DNA of 64,000 nt from Octopus sinensis (taxonomy: Eukaryota). The translations under genes were made by a program, and so were the position numbers. This document shows, piece after piece, positions 1-12,600 of the stretch (the stretch's first letter is position 1; each line of letters starts with the position of its first letter). The DNA is taken from contig NC_043009.1 of assembly GCF_006345805.1 (NCBI RefSeq), forward strand, positions 12,586,001-12,650,000, in the 5' to 3' direction. The notes beneath the pieces are model-generated. The model was not told where the DNA came from. It saw only the letters and a list, made by a program, of their open reading frames with translations, and ran no database searches.

Positions 1-619
1 AGCTGCTAGCACAACACTATAGTCAAGGCACTTATCTCTGACAAGTAGTCTACATACTATTCTGTGAATTAGTATCCTGACCAGCTACATTTCATGTCCC
101 AGGCAGTGGGGAAAGGGTCACAACAATGAACCAGGATCTTTCTTAGATTCTATTATTGACAGCAAACACTCCAAGACACTAAGAAAAAGCTGTGCCAGTG
201 TTGGATATCAAATCTGTCTTCAATCACCCACACACCCACAATGATATGAGAGAGAGAGAGAAAGAGAGAGAGTATTTCTTTATTCACCATAAGGTTTAGA
301 AAAAGAGGGGACGATACGAGGACAGACAAAACAAACGTTGGGGTCAGGGTATCGAATGCGACGAAACGTATGAATAAACAAACAATTAAATGAGAATGAG
401 TGATTAACAAAAAATGAAGTGGAGGGCACGGTTGACCCCACAAACCACATACTCACACTGAAGACTTTGCTTTCTCCTTTTTTTTATTCTCGTTTAAACA
501 GGTTCTTTCACTCGCAACATACTTGCTATAGACATCCATCTTTTACGAAACACACTTTGCGACAGGCATTTCTCCAGCCTTGAGAGAGAGAGAGAGAGAG
601 AGAGCAAACTTCTACTTAC

Positions 620-688
620 CTTCCGTGGTCCCAAACCAGGGCAAAAGGTAAAATCTTTTTCATTACTCTGAATGACGGCCTCTAACGA
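620..688 (-). CDS. ERCC1: ERCC1 exon 9 ([23 protein letters not shown])
   Basis: 69 nt, CPGLGPxK second HhH motif, AAG|gtaagt donor. Confidence 0.96.
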
Positions 689-3600
689 CTGAAAGTATAC
701 AGAATAATCATAGGGGTAATTAAAAGTCTTCTTTCCAAATATGTTGTCCTACAACCAACTGAGAAAACTAAAACTATTAATTCTGTACATCAGTATTCTC
801 ACTTCAAATTCTGCTCAAATCAAATCTGTTTAACGTGAGAAGAGCAATAAAATAGACACAAATAATATTGTCTGAAAGTTGATTCAATTTACTATACTAC
901 GTCCCCAAAGTCCATCCCCTCCTCACCGTGGTGGGGACGCTGGCAACGGGTAGTGTCAGAGCTATGCCGTCGGGAACTTCGGTTCCTGGTAGGGCCACCC
1001 AAGGCGGATTGGTCTGACACCAAGTGGTATTAGGGCCACAACCCGGCTCTGGTGAAAATCCTCGGAGTGTCTGTTTCGGCAATCGGCAGCTCCTTGGTTG
1101 TTCTGTTCCTGCGTCTGCGAACAATCTGCGGCAAACAGGATGTCTCTACATGTGGGATTGTTGGAGACCGCTTTTGAAATTCATATTCCCATGAAACTTC
1201 TTCCACTGCCATGGTTCGAGATGCCTCGAGGGTGGTGGAAGAAGCTGACTCAACTCGCCCAGGGTGAATGTCGCCACAAGTAAGTAAGTACCCTACTACC
1301 TCACATAGAGAAGTTTGGTATTGTGCCTAATAAAAAGATAACTACTTTTAGAGTGAAGGTTCATTTCATTTCTCATCAATTATTTGCTAGCTTTTTTTTG
1401 TTTTTTAATACAAATAATTAGTTACTTTTGTTTTATCAACACTTTAAATAATATTTATAACTTTATAGCTGAATCGGTACCAAAATTAAAGAAGAAATTT
1501 CAGATTATTGCTAAATCCCTACCAGAACTAGAGAAGATATTTTACGTATGGAAGCACGGGCTGGAATCATAGGGCTTTAGAATTAATTTAGCAAAGACCA
1601 AAGTATTGATAAGTAGGAAAACAGACAAATCACAGATCCCTTTAAGGGAGATAGCCCTGCTTGATGAAGCCCGGACTGGAATCATAGGGCCTTAGAATTA
1701 ATTTAGCAAAGACTAAAGTATTGATAAGTAGGAAAACAGACAAATCGCAAATCCCTTTAAGGGAGATGGCCCTGCTTGATATGCAGAAAAGGAGTTGGGA
1801 GATACTCCATAAGGTGTACCCAGTGCAAGCTATGGGTACATAAGAGGTGCAACAGCAGTATCACTGGAAGTCTAACACAGAAAGTGTTAGTCTTCCAGTG
1901 GCAGATGTGAAGGTACATTAAACACTAGGAATGTACAAAAAAATAGACTCCTTCGAATGTCAGGAGGATATCCTTAGAAGTAGTAGATAGTTTCTGTTAT
2001 TTAGGCGACCAAGTTAGTAGTGGGGGAAGTAGCTCTGAAAGCACAACTGCTAGAATAAGAATAGGCTGGGTGGAGTTTAGAAAACTATTTCCTCTGTTAG
2101 TAACAAAGGGCTTCTTCCTCAGAGTGAAAGGCAAGTTGTATGATGCTGATGTACAAATAGCTCTGCTACATGGCAGTGAGACATGGACTGTGACTACTGA
2201 GGATATGCAAACGCTTGAAAGAAATGAAGCCGGTATGCTTTGCTGGATGGGTAATGTCAGTGTGCATATATGACAGAGTGTAAGTGATTTGAGAGAAAAA
2301 CTAGATATACGTGGCATCAAATGTAGTATGCAAGAGAGAAGACTGCTCTGGTATGGCCATGTAATGCATATGAATGAAGAGTTGTTGCATCAAGAGGTGC
2401 CAATCTCTAATTGTAGGAGGAACATGTGGAAAAGGTAGAGCCAGGAAGACGTGGGACAAAGTAGTGAGAAAGAATCTACAGATGTTGCGACTCACAGAGG
2501 GGACGACAAGGGACTGAGTCTCCTGGTGGTTTACTGTGCTTGAAAAGACACATCAAGCTAAGTAAAAAGCAGGGTTGGCCTTGCACCCTTCGCCTTGTGG
2601 GTTCATGGGTGCTGGTGCCATGGAAACACACATGTGCCGATGCTGTGTAAAAGCACCTATTTCTTTACTACCCACAAGGGGCTAAACACAGAGAGGACAA
2701 ACAAGGGTAGACAAACGGATTAAGTCAATTATATCGACCACAGGGCATAACTGGTACTTATTTAATCAACCCCAAAAGGATGAAAGGCAAAGTCGACCTC
2801 GGCGGAATTTGAACTCAGAACATAGCGGTAGACAAAATATTTATTTCTTTACTACCCACAAGGGGCTAAACACAGAGAGGACAAACAAGGGTAGACAAAC
2901 GGATTAAGTTAATTATATCGACCCCAGTGCATAACTGGTACTTATTTAATCAACCCCAAAAGGATGAAAGACAAAGTTGACCTCGGCGGAATTTGAACTC
3001 AGAACATAGCGGTAGACAAAATATTTATTTCTTACTACCCACAAGGGGCTAAACACAGAGAGGACAAACAAGGGTAGACAAACGGATTAAGTTAATTATA
3101 TCGACCCCAGTGCATAACTGGTACTTATTTAATCAACCCCAAAAGGATGAAAGACAAAGTTGACCTCGGCGGAATTTGAACTCAGAACATAGCGGTAGAC
3201 AAAATATTTATTTCTTTACTACCCACAAGGGGCTAAACACAGAGAGGACAAATAAGGACAGACAAACGGATTAAGTTGATTACATTGATCCCCAGTGCGT
3301 AACTGGTACTTAATTTATTGACCCAGAAAGGATGAAAGGCAAAGTCGACCTTGGCGGAATTTGAACTCAGAATGTAGCGGCAGATGACATACCGCTAAGT
3401 ATTTCGCCCGACATGCTAACGTTTCTACTAGCACCTGGTACCCTCTGTAAAGTGGTTGGTGTTAGGAAGAGCATCTAGCTGTAGAAACCATGCCACACCA
3501 GATATGGAATCTGGGCAGCTCTTCAGTTGGCCAGCTACTGTTAAACTGACTGACTGACCCATGACAACATGGGAAATGGATGTTAAATGATGATGGTGAT

Positions 3601-6600
3601 GATGAACTATTTAGAAAATGTGCAAGCTTGATGTTACTCATAAACTGTTAGAAGAGTCAGAAAAGTGTTGCTGTTGTGGAGCCTCAGCAGCAATACAAGA
3701 CTACTGGAGTATGCAAGCCAACAAAGCAACCCCTAAATGGTTACCTGCAGTACTAGAAATAACAAACCAAATCTTCCTCACATCACATCCTACTGATTTA
3801 AAAAAAGAACAGCATATTGGATTAAGTAGTCTTGGATTTAGATTGATCTGTTTGATTAAAGAAGACCAAACAATAATAGAGAAACCAAATGGGACAGTAT
3901 CTCTTATTCTATCCAATGAGTTGTCAGAGTTCCATGTAAAGTACACAACTCTTATGAGTTATCTTATCCTCTTTACTCTTCATTTTTGTCTATTACTCAC
4001 TGGTATGAATAGGACACATTTGCAAATATTATTTTCTCCTATTCCATACTTCTCATCTTTAAGCTAATCCCAAAAAAGTTTTACAGGCAGAATTAAGAAA
4101 GCTAGGAACATCAGAGGTAATTCAGCCAGGAGGAATTACAACTGTGTTTCATGGTCTGCTACCACAACAGCTCCTTTATAGGATCCAGTTAGCTCAAGAC
4201 ATCATCAGAAACCACAGCCGGTTTCGGCCCCTACTCCTCTACCGTTTTGACGAGGCAGGGGGCCCCCCCTTTCGGAGGCGTCTTCAGCTCTGGTGTTGGG
4301 TGCATGTCTTCTTTCTTCTGTTCCCTGGCCTCTTAGTGTCAGCTGGTGACTGACTGACTTGTCAAAATTTTTCCCTTTAAATACCTGCTGCTAGGCTCCA
4401 GCAGGCAGCCCCAGCAAGTTGTCACGTGACACTGTCTCCCCTTTATTTAAAATTCTGAAACATTGATAATTAGGAAAATATATTCACCATAAATTTGGAG
4501 ATGATATTGGCACAGTCAGTCTTGTTGATTTGCTTCACAGAAGTTAAACATTCTGTCAGCTGTAATAAAGAAAATAAGACCATATATAAATTATAAGTAC
4601 AGGCACGACTTTGTAGTTGAGATGTTGTAATATAGTAAAACAATACATTTATATGTACATTAGACCATTAATAAATTGAATCATAATAAAAAAAAACACG
4701 TTTTTTAAACCCCTACCAATGAGATTGAATACACATTTGGCAATTTCAAAAATATCAGTTTTGGTTGTATGCTCATTTGAACTAAGACTGTGTTGAAAGT
4801 AAAATGACTGCAGCATGATAAAGATTTATTAACCGTTCAAAAACAAATACTCTTTTACTTGCTTCAGTCATTTGACTGTGGCCATGCTGGAGCATCACCT
4901 TCAGTTGAGAAAATCGACCCCAGGACTCATTCTTTGTAACCCTAGTACTTATTCTATTGGTCTCTTTTGCCAAACTGCTAAGTTACAGAGACCTAAACAC
5001 ACCAGCATCGGTTGTCAAGCAATGTTCGGGTGTCTGACACAGACACACACATATATATACGACGGGCTTCTTTCAGTTTCCGTCTACCAAATCCATTCAC
5101 AAGGCTTTGGTAGGGCTGAGGTTATAGTAGAAGACACTTGCCCAAGGTGCCACGCAGTGGGACTGAACCCAGGACCATATGGTTGGTAAACAAGCTACTT
5201 ACCACATAGCCATTAACTTTACTTGAATATTTATTTGGCATTAAAATTTTCATTGCATCAACTGTAACCAGGTCACTGATGTAATTCTACAGCATCGTCT
5301 CTAAATTTTATACTCCACTTGAAGATAATTCAGATAAAGTCTTTGCTTGATTATTAATCTATTATAAACATTGGAGATTTTCTCATTAAGCACATTTACA
5401 CTAATATAGTGAGTTAGAATATAAAGAAATCTTCCTTCTTCGACTGTGGTCGAGACAATGGAATTTACTATGTTACGCCAGACCTCACGGTCCATCATAG
5501 CATTACGGAGGTCCTGTTGCTGGATGCCTGTATCCCTGGAGATTACATCAGGGTAGGAGAGTGTGCGCCTTCTGGTATGGCTTCCAGAGGAGAAGAGTAG
5601 AAATTACCTCATTTTCAGCTCTACAACAATGTCCAACAAACTGGACTCTTCTACCTTTCACAAGAGATGATACAGGTGGTAGTTTCCCATATATTTGCAC
5701 TTTGGTTAGATGCCATTTCCACGAGATATTTTGAGCTCTCATAAGGAGGCGAGTGTAAGTTCCATCCAACTGCCTCTCAAGCTTCTTTGATAACGTCCAG
5801 GTTGCTGAGCCATATAGTAGAATTGGTTCGACTGTGGCTTTGAAGATTTTAAGTTTGAAATCTCTACTTAGATTTGATGACCAGATCTTATGCATGTCAT
5901 TAGAGGCTGACCAGGCCATACCCTTTCTAGTTAGAAAATCTTTTTCAGATGATGATATGTATGACTCAAGATATTTGTAATCAGAAACCATATTTAAGAA
6001 CATATTGTTGAGAGTATCTTTATGGATGATTTCATCATCCATAAAGAAATAGTATTATTACATTTTGGGATTTTGTCACAGAATGTACTACATCAAAAAT
6101 GTATCTCAGCTATATTAATAACCAACCTACCATTGACATGTAATCTTTATCAGACTTTTCCATGATGGCATCAGGTGGTTTATTCTCATAGACTTTATAT
6201 GTTTCAAGATAACGACCAGCTTCTTCAGCTCTAGAGAAAGGAGAAAATAATCCAAGAACCATTAAAATATATTGAGATAAATTCTATTATCTCAATACAT
6301 CAAATTACCTCAAAATTTTATTTGGACAAAAGTTAAAAGGAAAAAAAAAAACCATAAGTACTTTAACCCTTTAACATTTAAACCAGTCATATCTGGCCAA
6401 AATATTCTGTTTTATGGTCAAACTGGCCAGATGTAGCCTCTTACACCAACCCTACAATGTCATTCTAGAAGTAAACAATTGCATCATCAAAATCTCAAAG
6501 CTATGAGATAATGTATGAATAACTCAGAACAATGTGAATAAAAAAGCATCACTTTTGACAGAATTATGTGAATGCCAAAGGATTTTGCCCAGTGTGTTAA

Positions 6601-8823
6601 CAATTCTGCTAACTCACCACCTAAAACTGTTACAGCCTCAATTCAATGGTTCTTAACCTGTGTGGTAACTTCCTTCTTGGCAATATTGTGAGCTCAAAAG
6701 GTGGTGGTAATTATCAAGAAGCACTATGGGAGTTGAGAGGGGTTGTAATTTTTCTAAGAAATAAAGTACTTAAATGGGGTACAGTACATTTTCTTCTTCC
6801 CCAAATATCCTTGTTAGGATCAAAATAAAAATGCATGATCATTGTGGTATAAACTGTAACATATCAAGTCACACTGTTCTGTCACACTGTCAAAGCTGAC
6901 ACATTCATTGAACCCCAGTTAGATTATGAACTGATTAATTAATCAATCAATACAGACGTGTTACAACTAGCTAAATATGTTTAGGGTATAAACTGCTTTC
7001 CTTTGAAGAAGCACATAGCTATAAATTTGTGAAGAAAATGAAAATGTATAAGAATCACATGTGAGAGAACTTACGAAAATGCAAGAATTAATGTACAGTT
7101 GGCAAGGATGCACATTTTCCCCAAGTCTTTCAAAAGATAGGAACAGTCTTTCTGAAATGAAAAAGAAAATGAGGAAATAAGACAAATGTAAAAAAATAAA
7201 GAAAAAACTCATTAAAACTAGAAACTTGTCAATAATAAGTAAATTTTGAAAACTTTACAGTTAATACAATATAATACATTTCATTATCAATGTATCAATA
7301 CAACAGAATGGTGGCAAGCAGGCAGCATCATTAGATCGCGGGGTTTAGTGGCATTTTGTCCATCTTTATGTTCTGAGTTCAAATTCTGCCAAGGTCAACT
7401 TTGCCTTTCATCCTTTTGGTGTCGATAAAATAAGTACCAGTCAACCACTGGTTGATGTAATTGACTTGACTCCCACCTGCAAATTTGCGGGCCTTGTGCC
7501 AAAATTTGAACCCAATATATTAATACAACATCTGAGTATTTTTGGTCAAGTTTGATGGAATAGATCTAAGGCACTGATATGGTTGTGGCAAGATTTGAAC
7601 TCATAATGGTTGCATTTAATAGCCCAGCACCTGGGTCTCGTGACTGGAGATGCCAAATGAATTTCTTGACAAGCTGAGTCATCAAAACAGTTTAGATTTC
7701 AGGTTGTAACTTTAATTCACTTCAGTTTTATCACAAGTTATTATGACCTTCAAACATTGGGCCTCACAGAGTCAATGACAGGAGACCGAAACCTTTGGAG
7801 ATATGCTGTGATTGGGAAGACCCGACAACTAAAGTGAGATCGCAGCCATGCATGTCCGGCCCAGTTAAGAGTACCCCTGATGCATCGGGAGATATGATAT
7901 GCTTGAGAAGACCTGTTGAGTCAAGTAAAACCTATATCATAGCTGTGGCCAGTGACCCGTGACTGGCTCCCATGCTGGTGACACGTAAAAAGCACCATCC
8001 GAACGTGGTCGATGCCAGGTTTGTCTGACTGGCTCCCATGCTGGTAGCACATATAAAGCACCATCCGAATGTGTCCGATGCCAGTACTCTTCGCTGGCTC
8101 TCATGCTAGTGGTATGTAAAAAGCACCATCTGAACATGGCCTATGCCAGTGGCATGTAAAAAGCACCATTCGAACAAGATGCCAGGCCTGCCTGACTGGC
8201 ACCTGTACTGGTGGCATGTAACAAGCACCCACTACACTCCCAGAGTGGTTGGCATTAGAAAGGGCATCCAGCTGCAGAAACACTGCCAGATCAGATTGGA
8301 GCCTGGTGCAGCCGCTGGCTCTCCAGACCTCAGTCAAATTGTCCAACCCATGCCAGCATGGAAAATGGACATTAAACGATGATGATGACGCACCTTTGTG
8401 CTTATATGAAAATAATCGAATGTGGTTGGAAAACGTTTGAAGAATTATCAGGATGTATGATGTATACACAAGATATGATGCACTATCACACTGAGAGATG
8501 GCCAAAATATACTCTGAAGTTCGACAGCAGCTACAAATATAGTGTGAATACAGATAACAGATTCCTGATATTATTGTTTAGACTCAACCATAAAGTACTC
8601 TGAAAGCCATTTCAAGAAGATCCAGCAAGCAGTTTACTACTCAAGTAACCAGTAGGCGCAGGAGTGGCTGTGTGGTAAGTAGCTTGCTTACCAACCACAT
8701 GGTTCCAGGTTCATTCCCACTGCGTGGCACCTTGGACAAGTGTCTTCTGCTATAGCCTCAGGCCGACCAAAGCCTTGTGAGTGGACTTGGTAGACGGAAA
8801 CTGAAAGAAGCCCTTCTTATATC

Positions 8824-8856
<33 letters not shown>

Positions 8857-9592
8857 GTGCATGTATATGTTTGTGTGTCTGTGTTTGTCCCCCCAATATC
8901 GCTTGACAACCGGTGCTGGTGTGTTTATGTCCCCATAACTTAGCGGTTTGGTAAAAGGGGCCGAAAGAGTAAATACTAGGCTTGATTTGTTGACTAAAGG
9001 CAGTACTCCAGCATGACCACAGTCAAATGACTGAAACAAGTAAAAGAGTAAAAGTGTAATGAAACTTGCTCTTATCTGACACCAAGTATTTACAAGTTAT
9101 GCTGTGTTTTTCAAGAGAAAAGCTGCTGTAAGGATTGAAATGAAGGTAAACAAATAGTCATTTAATTAATACAATTAATATGGAAAGATTGGGTAAGTAT
9201 TTTTATTCAAGAACATAAATAAATAAAAATAATTTTTTTAGAATTAAAAAAATATCAAGGAACTGAAATCCTTACCACATCAACTTGAACAAGCATTATT
9301 CTTAAGTCATAGCTTTTACCAAGAGACTCGAGTCGTTTGTGTATATATTCTGGGTGCAACTGGTGATACCGCAAACTGAGGAAAATGAAAATAATGCTAT
9401 ACAACATATTATATATGTGGGTGCAGGCATGGCTGTGTGCTAAGAAGCTTGCTTTTCAAACACATTGTTTTGGGTTCAGTCCTACTGTGTAACATCTTGG
9501 GCAAGTGCCTTCTACTATGGCTTCGGGCCAACCAAAGCCATGTGGGTGGATTTGGTAGACAGAAACTGAAAGAAGCCCATCATGTATGTATC

Positions 9593-9644
<52 letters not shown>

Positions 9645-12600
9645 TGTATGTATGTATGTATGCATGCATGTGTGTGTGTGTGTATATATATATATACACA
9701 CACAAGGTCTTCTAGTGGAGAGTCAATAGAAGGGAGATAACCATTTCTTCACACTATTTTATGGGATTTCAGTGAAGCTTGCTGAATTTTTTTGTTGCCA
9801 CTTTCACCACCTTATAATTGAATGGTTAGCAGAATGGAATAACACGAAGCTCTCAAAATATTTCTTTCAGAACTTAGTACTAATAATCAATATCAGGTGT
9901 GGAAAAAACAAAAAAAACCACAACAATGTGTTTTAAACTCCCACTAATGTTTTTTTGTTTTGTATACGTTGAGGCAAGTGAAAATCAAATCAAATCAAAT
10001 CAAATCAAAACAAAACAAATCAAAATAGATGAACATCAATGGAATTTGTATCTTTGTGGTACCAGTGCCGGTGGCACACAAGAAAACCATCCGAACGTGG
10101 CCGTAGCCAGTACCGCATCGACTGGCCTCCGTGCTGTGGGCAAGTAACAAACACCATCTGATCGTGGCCGTTTCACCAGCCTCATCTGGCACCTGTGTCG
10201 GTGGCACATAAAAACACCATCCGAAGACCCGGCAAGACTAGTCAGGCCATAACCTGTGGCCCCTACCTGGGACGTAGTCAGTCCACCTGTGCATACCTTC
10301 CTTCTTGTGACACTTGTGAAGACCTGTTGAGGCAAGTGAAAATCAATCAAAACAAATCAAAATAGATGAACATCAATGGAATTTGTATCTTTGTGGTACC
10401 AGTGCCGGTGGCACACAAGAAAACCATCCGAACGTGGCCGTAGCCAGTACCGCATCGACTGGCCTCCGTGCTGCGGGCACGTAACAAACACCATCCGATC
10501 GTGGCCGTTCGCCAGCCTCATCTGGCACCTGTGTCGGTGGCACATAAAAACACCATCCGAGCATGGCCGTCTGCCAGCCTCGTCTGGCACCTGTGTCGGT
10601 GGCACATAAAAACACCATCCGAGCGTGGCCGTTCGCCAGCCTCGTCTGGCACCTGTGTCGGTGGCACATAAAATCACCCACTACACTCTCGGAGTGGTTG
10701 GCGTTAGGAAGGGCATCCAGCTGTAGAAACACTGCCAGATCTGACTGGCCTGGTGCAGCCTTCAGGCTCCCCAGACCCCAGTTGAACCGTCCAACCCATG
10801 CTAGCATGGAAAACGGACGCTAAATGAATGATGATGATGAAACCAATCCTTTTACATATATGAATGCTCTCTCAACATGCATACATTCAGGTGGTTCCTT
10901 ATGTTCCCACTACACATCTAATAACTTTACTGAACATGTATTCATTCACTGACTCACAGCATTACATTTTAAACAGAAGAGTTAAGTAACCTTTTTTGTC
11001 TTTTATCAGAGAAATAACGCAGATGTCACTCACCGACATAAACAGGTATTTCTGAAACCTCTCCCGACTATTCGTCACATTAGCCACCATATTATGGACT
11101 AGCCTCACCACTGATGCTAGTTGCAGTGATTTAGCAAAATAATCCAGTCTTGCTGCTGTTGCATCAACATTTTGGTTCCTTTCAACCATCTTACAAACAA
11201 TAACTCTGAGCACCTTTTCAAACTCCACCTGTCTAACACCTGTGGACATGTTTACAAAGTCAGAAAAACAGCACAGCTACCATGACTTTCGGAAACATTT
11301 TTTCACGCTAAGAGTTGCTGAAGCATGGAACAAACTGCCGGCATCAGTTGTTAGTTGTCAGAGCACTGCATCCTTCAAAACTTCCATGCTTCCTGAGATT
11401 CGCCAACACTACACCTGATTTTCTCCCCTCCATAAACACGCAAGCTTCCCAGACATTTGTACATTACTGCATATGCTTTATACACACTTTTGACAGGTTG
11501 TGGTGCACTTGAGCACTGTATACAATAATTTCATTATTATTATTATTATTTGTCAATGTACTTAAACTAAAGTATGCTACCCTTCAATTCTCTGCAACTG
11601 CACTGAGTTTCTATACATTCCACTCTTGTCTGAAATTGCTCAGCTTTTCATGCTTTACTTATTAGCTACATTAGTCCTGGTCAAATTCACCTTGATGTCC
11701 AGTTTTCTAGAATTTAAATTTCTCTTTCAATTTCAATCAATTCTATAACAAGACTGCGATCTTTTCGGTTTGAACGGCAATTTTTAACATAATTTCTGGG
11801 TAACTAAAAAATTTTAAACTTCTTATACTGGTAGAATGTGTTTATAAAACATCTTTTTCTCTTGGCTTTATTGAGAAAATTCTATAGTTTGTAGATATTT
11901 GTTGTTTTTTTTCTTCAATTTCTGTAATTTCAACCAATCACTGACATCTATTGAAGTAAAAAAACATTCTGTGCTGTATGATATGTCCCTCGTTTAAGAA
12001 ACAGATTGGGTTTATTTACATTTGTGAAGAAAAAAAGATACCCTTCTCCCCACCCCTAACCCTAAAACAGATTGAAATGCAATAGACCGATACTAGGGTC
12101 ATAATTATGGGTGACAATTTCATATGTCACCGCTAGAAAAAACTGCCGTTCAAACCAAAAAGATCCCAAGACGTCCTCATACAGGTGCTGCTAAAGGTAT
12201 TACATTTTGTGCTCCTTTGTGATAATCTCAAAAGTAGACAAGGTGATGACTAAGAACTAAGCTACCTCTACCTTAACTGCCTCAATTCGGAAGCTGTTCA
12301 TCCTGATCTCATTTGAGTTCTCCCATACATGGTCTGAACAAGCTGTTCCTATCCCTCTCATATTCTTAGTACCTACTACACCACAGAAAAACTTGTTAAC
12401 CCTTTCATTACCATATTTATTTTGAGATGCTCTATGTTTCTCTCAATTAATTTTAAATATAACAAAGAATATAGTAAAATAACTTAGTTATCATTAAGCT
12501 AGTTTTAGGAACATAAATTGTGACAAAGGTTTGGTAGAAGATTTTAATGCAGAATTTTTGAAAATAAGACATTTGTACAACAGAGCCAGAGGCAGTTTCA

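Noticed and set aside
1-619. Final ERCC1 exon (expected A.RL..VL.EPF)
   Set aside because: No matching frame was found; the candidate acceptor after the (CT)n run gives an unrelated short peptide, so the exon probably lies outside the window.
12050-12066. CCCTAACCCTAA telomere-like motif (also 54478, 61634, 28007)
   Set aside because: Only about two units, always at the same position inside the GGATC MITE; not an interstitial telomere.
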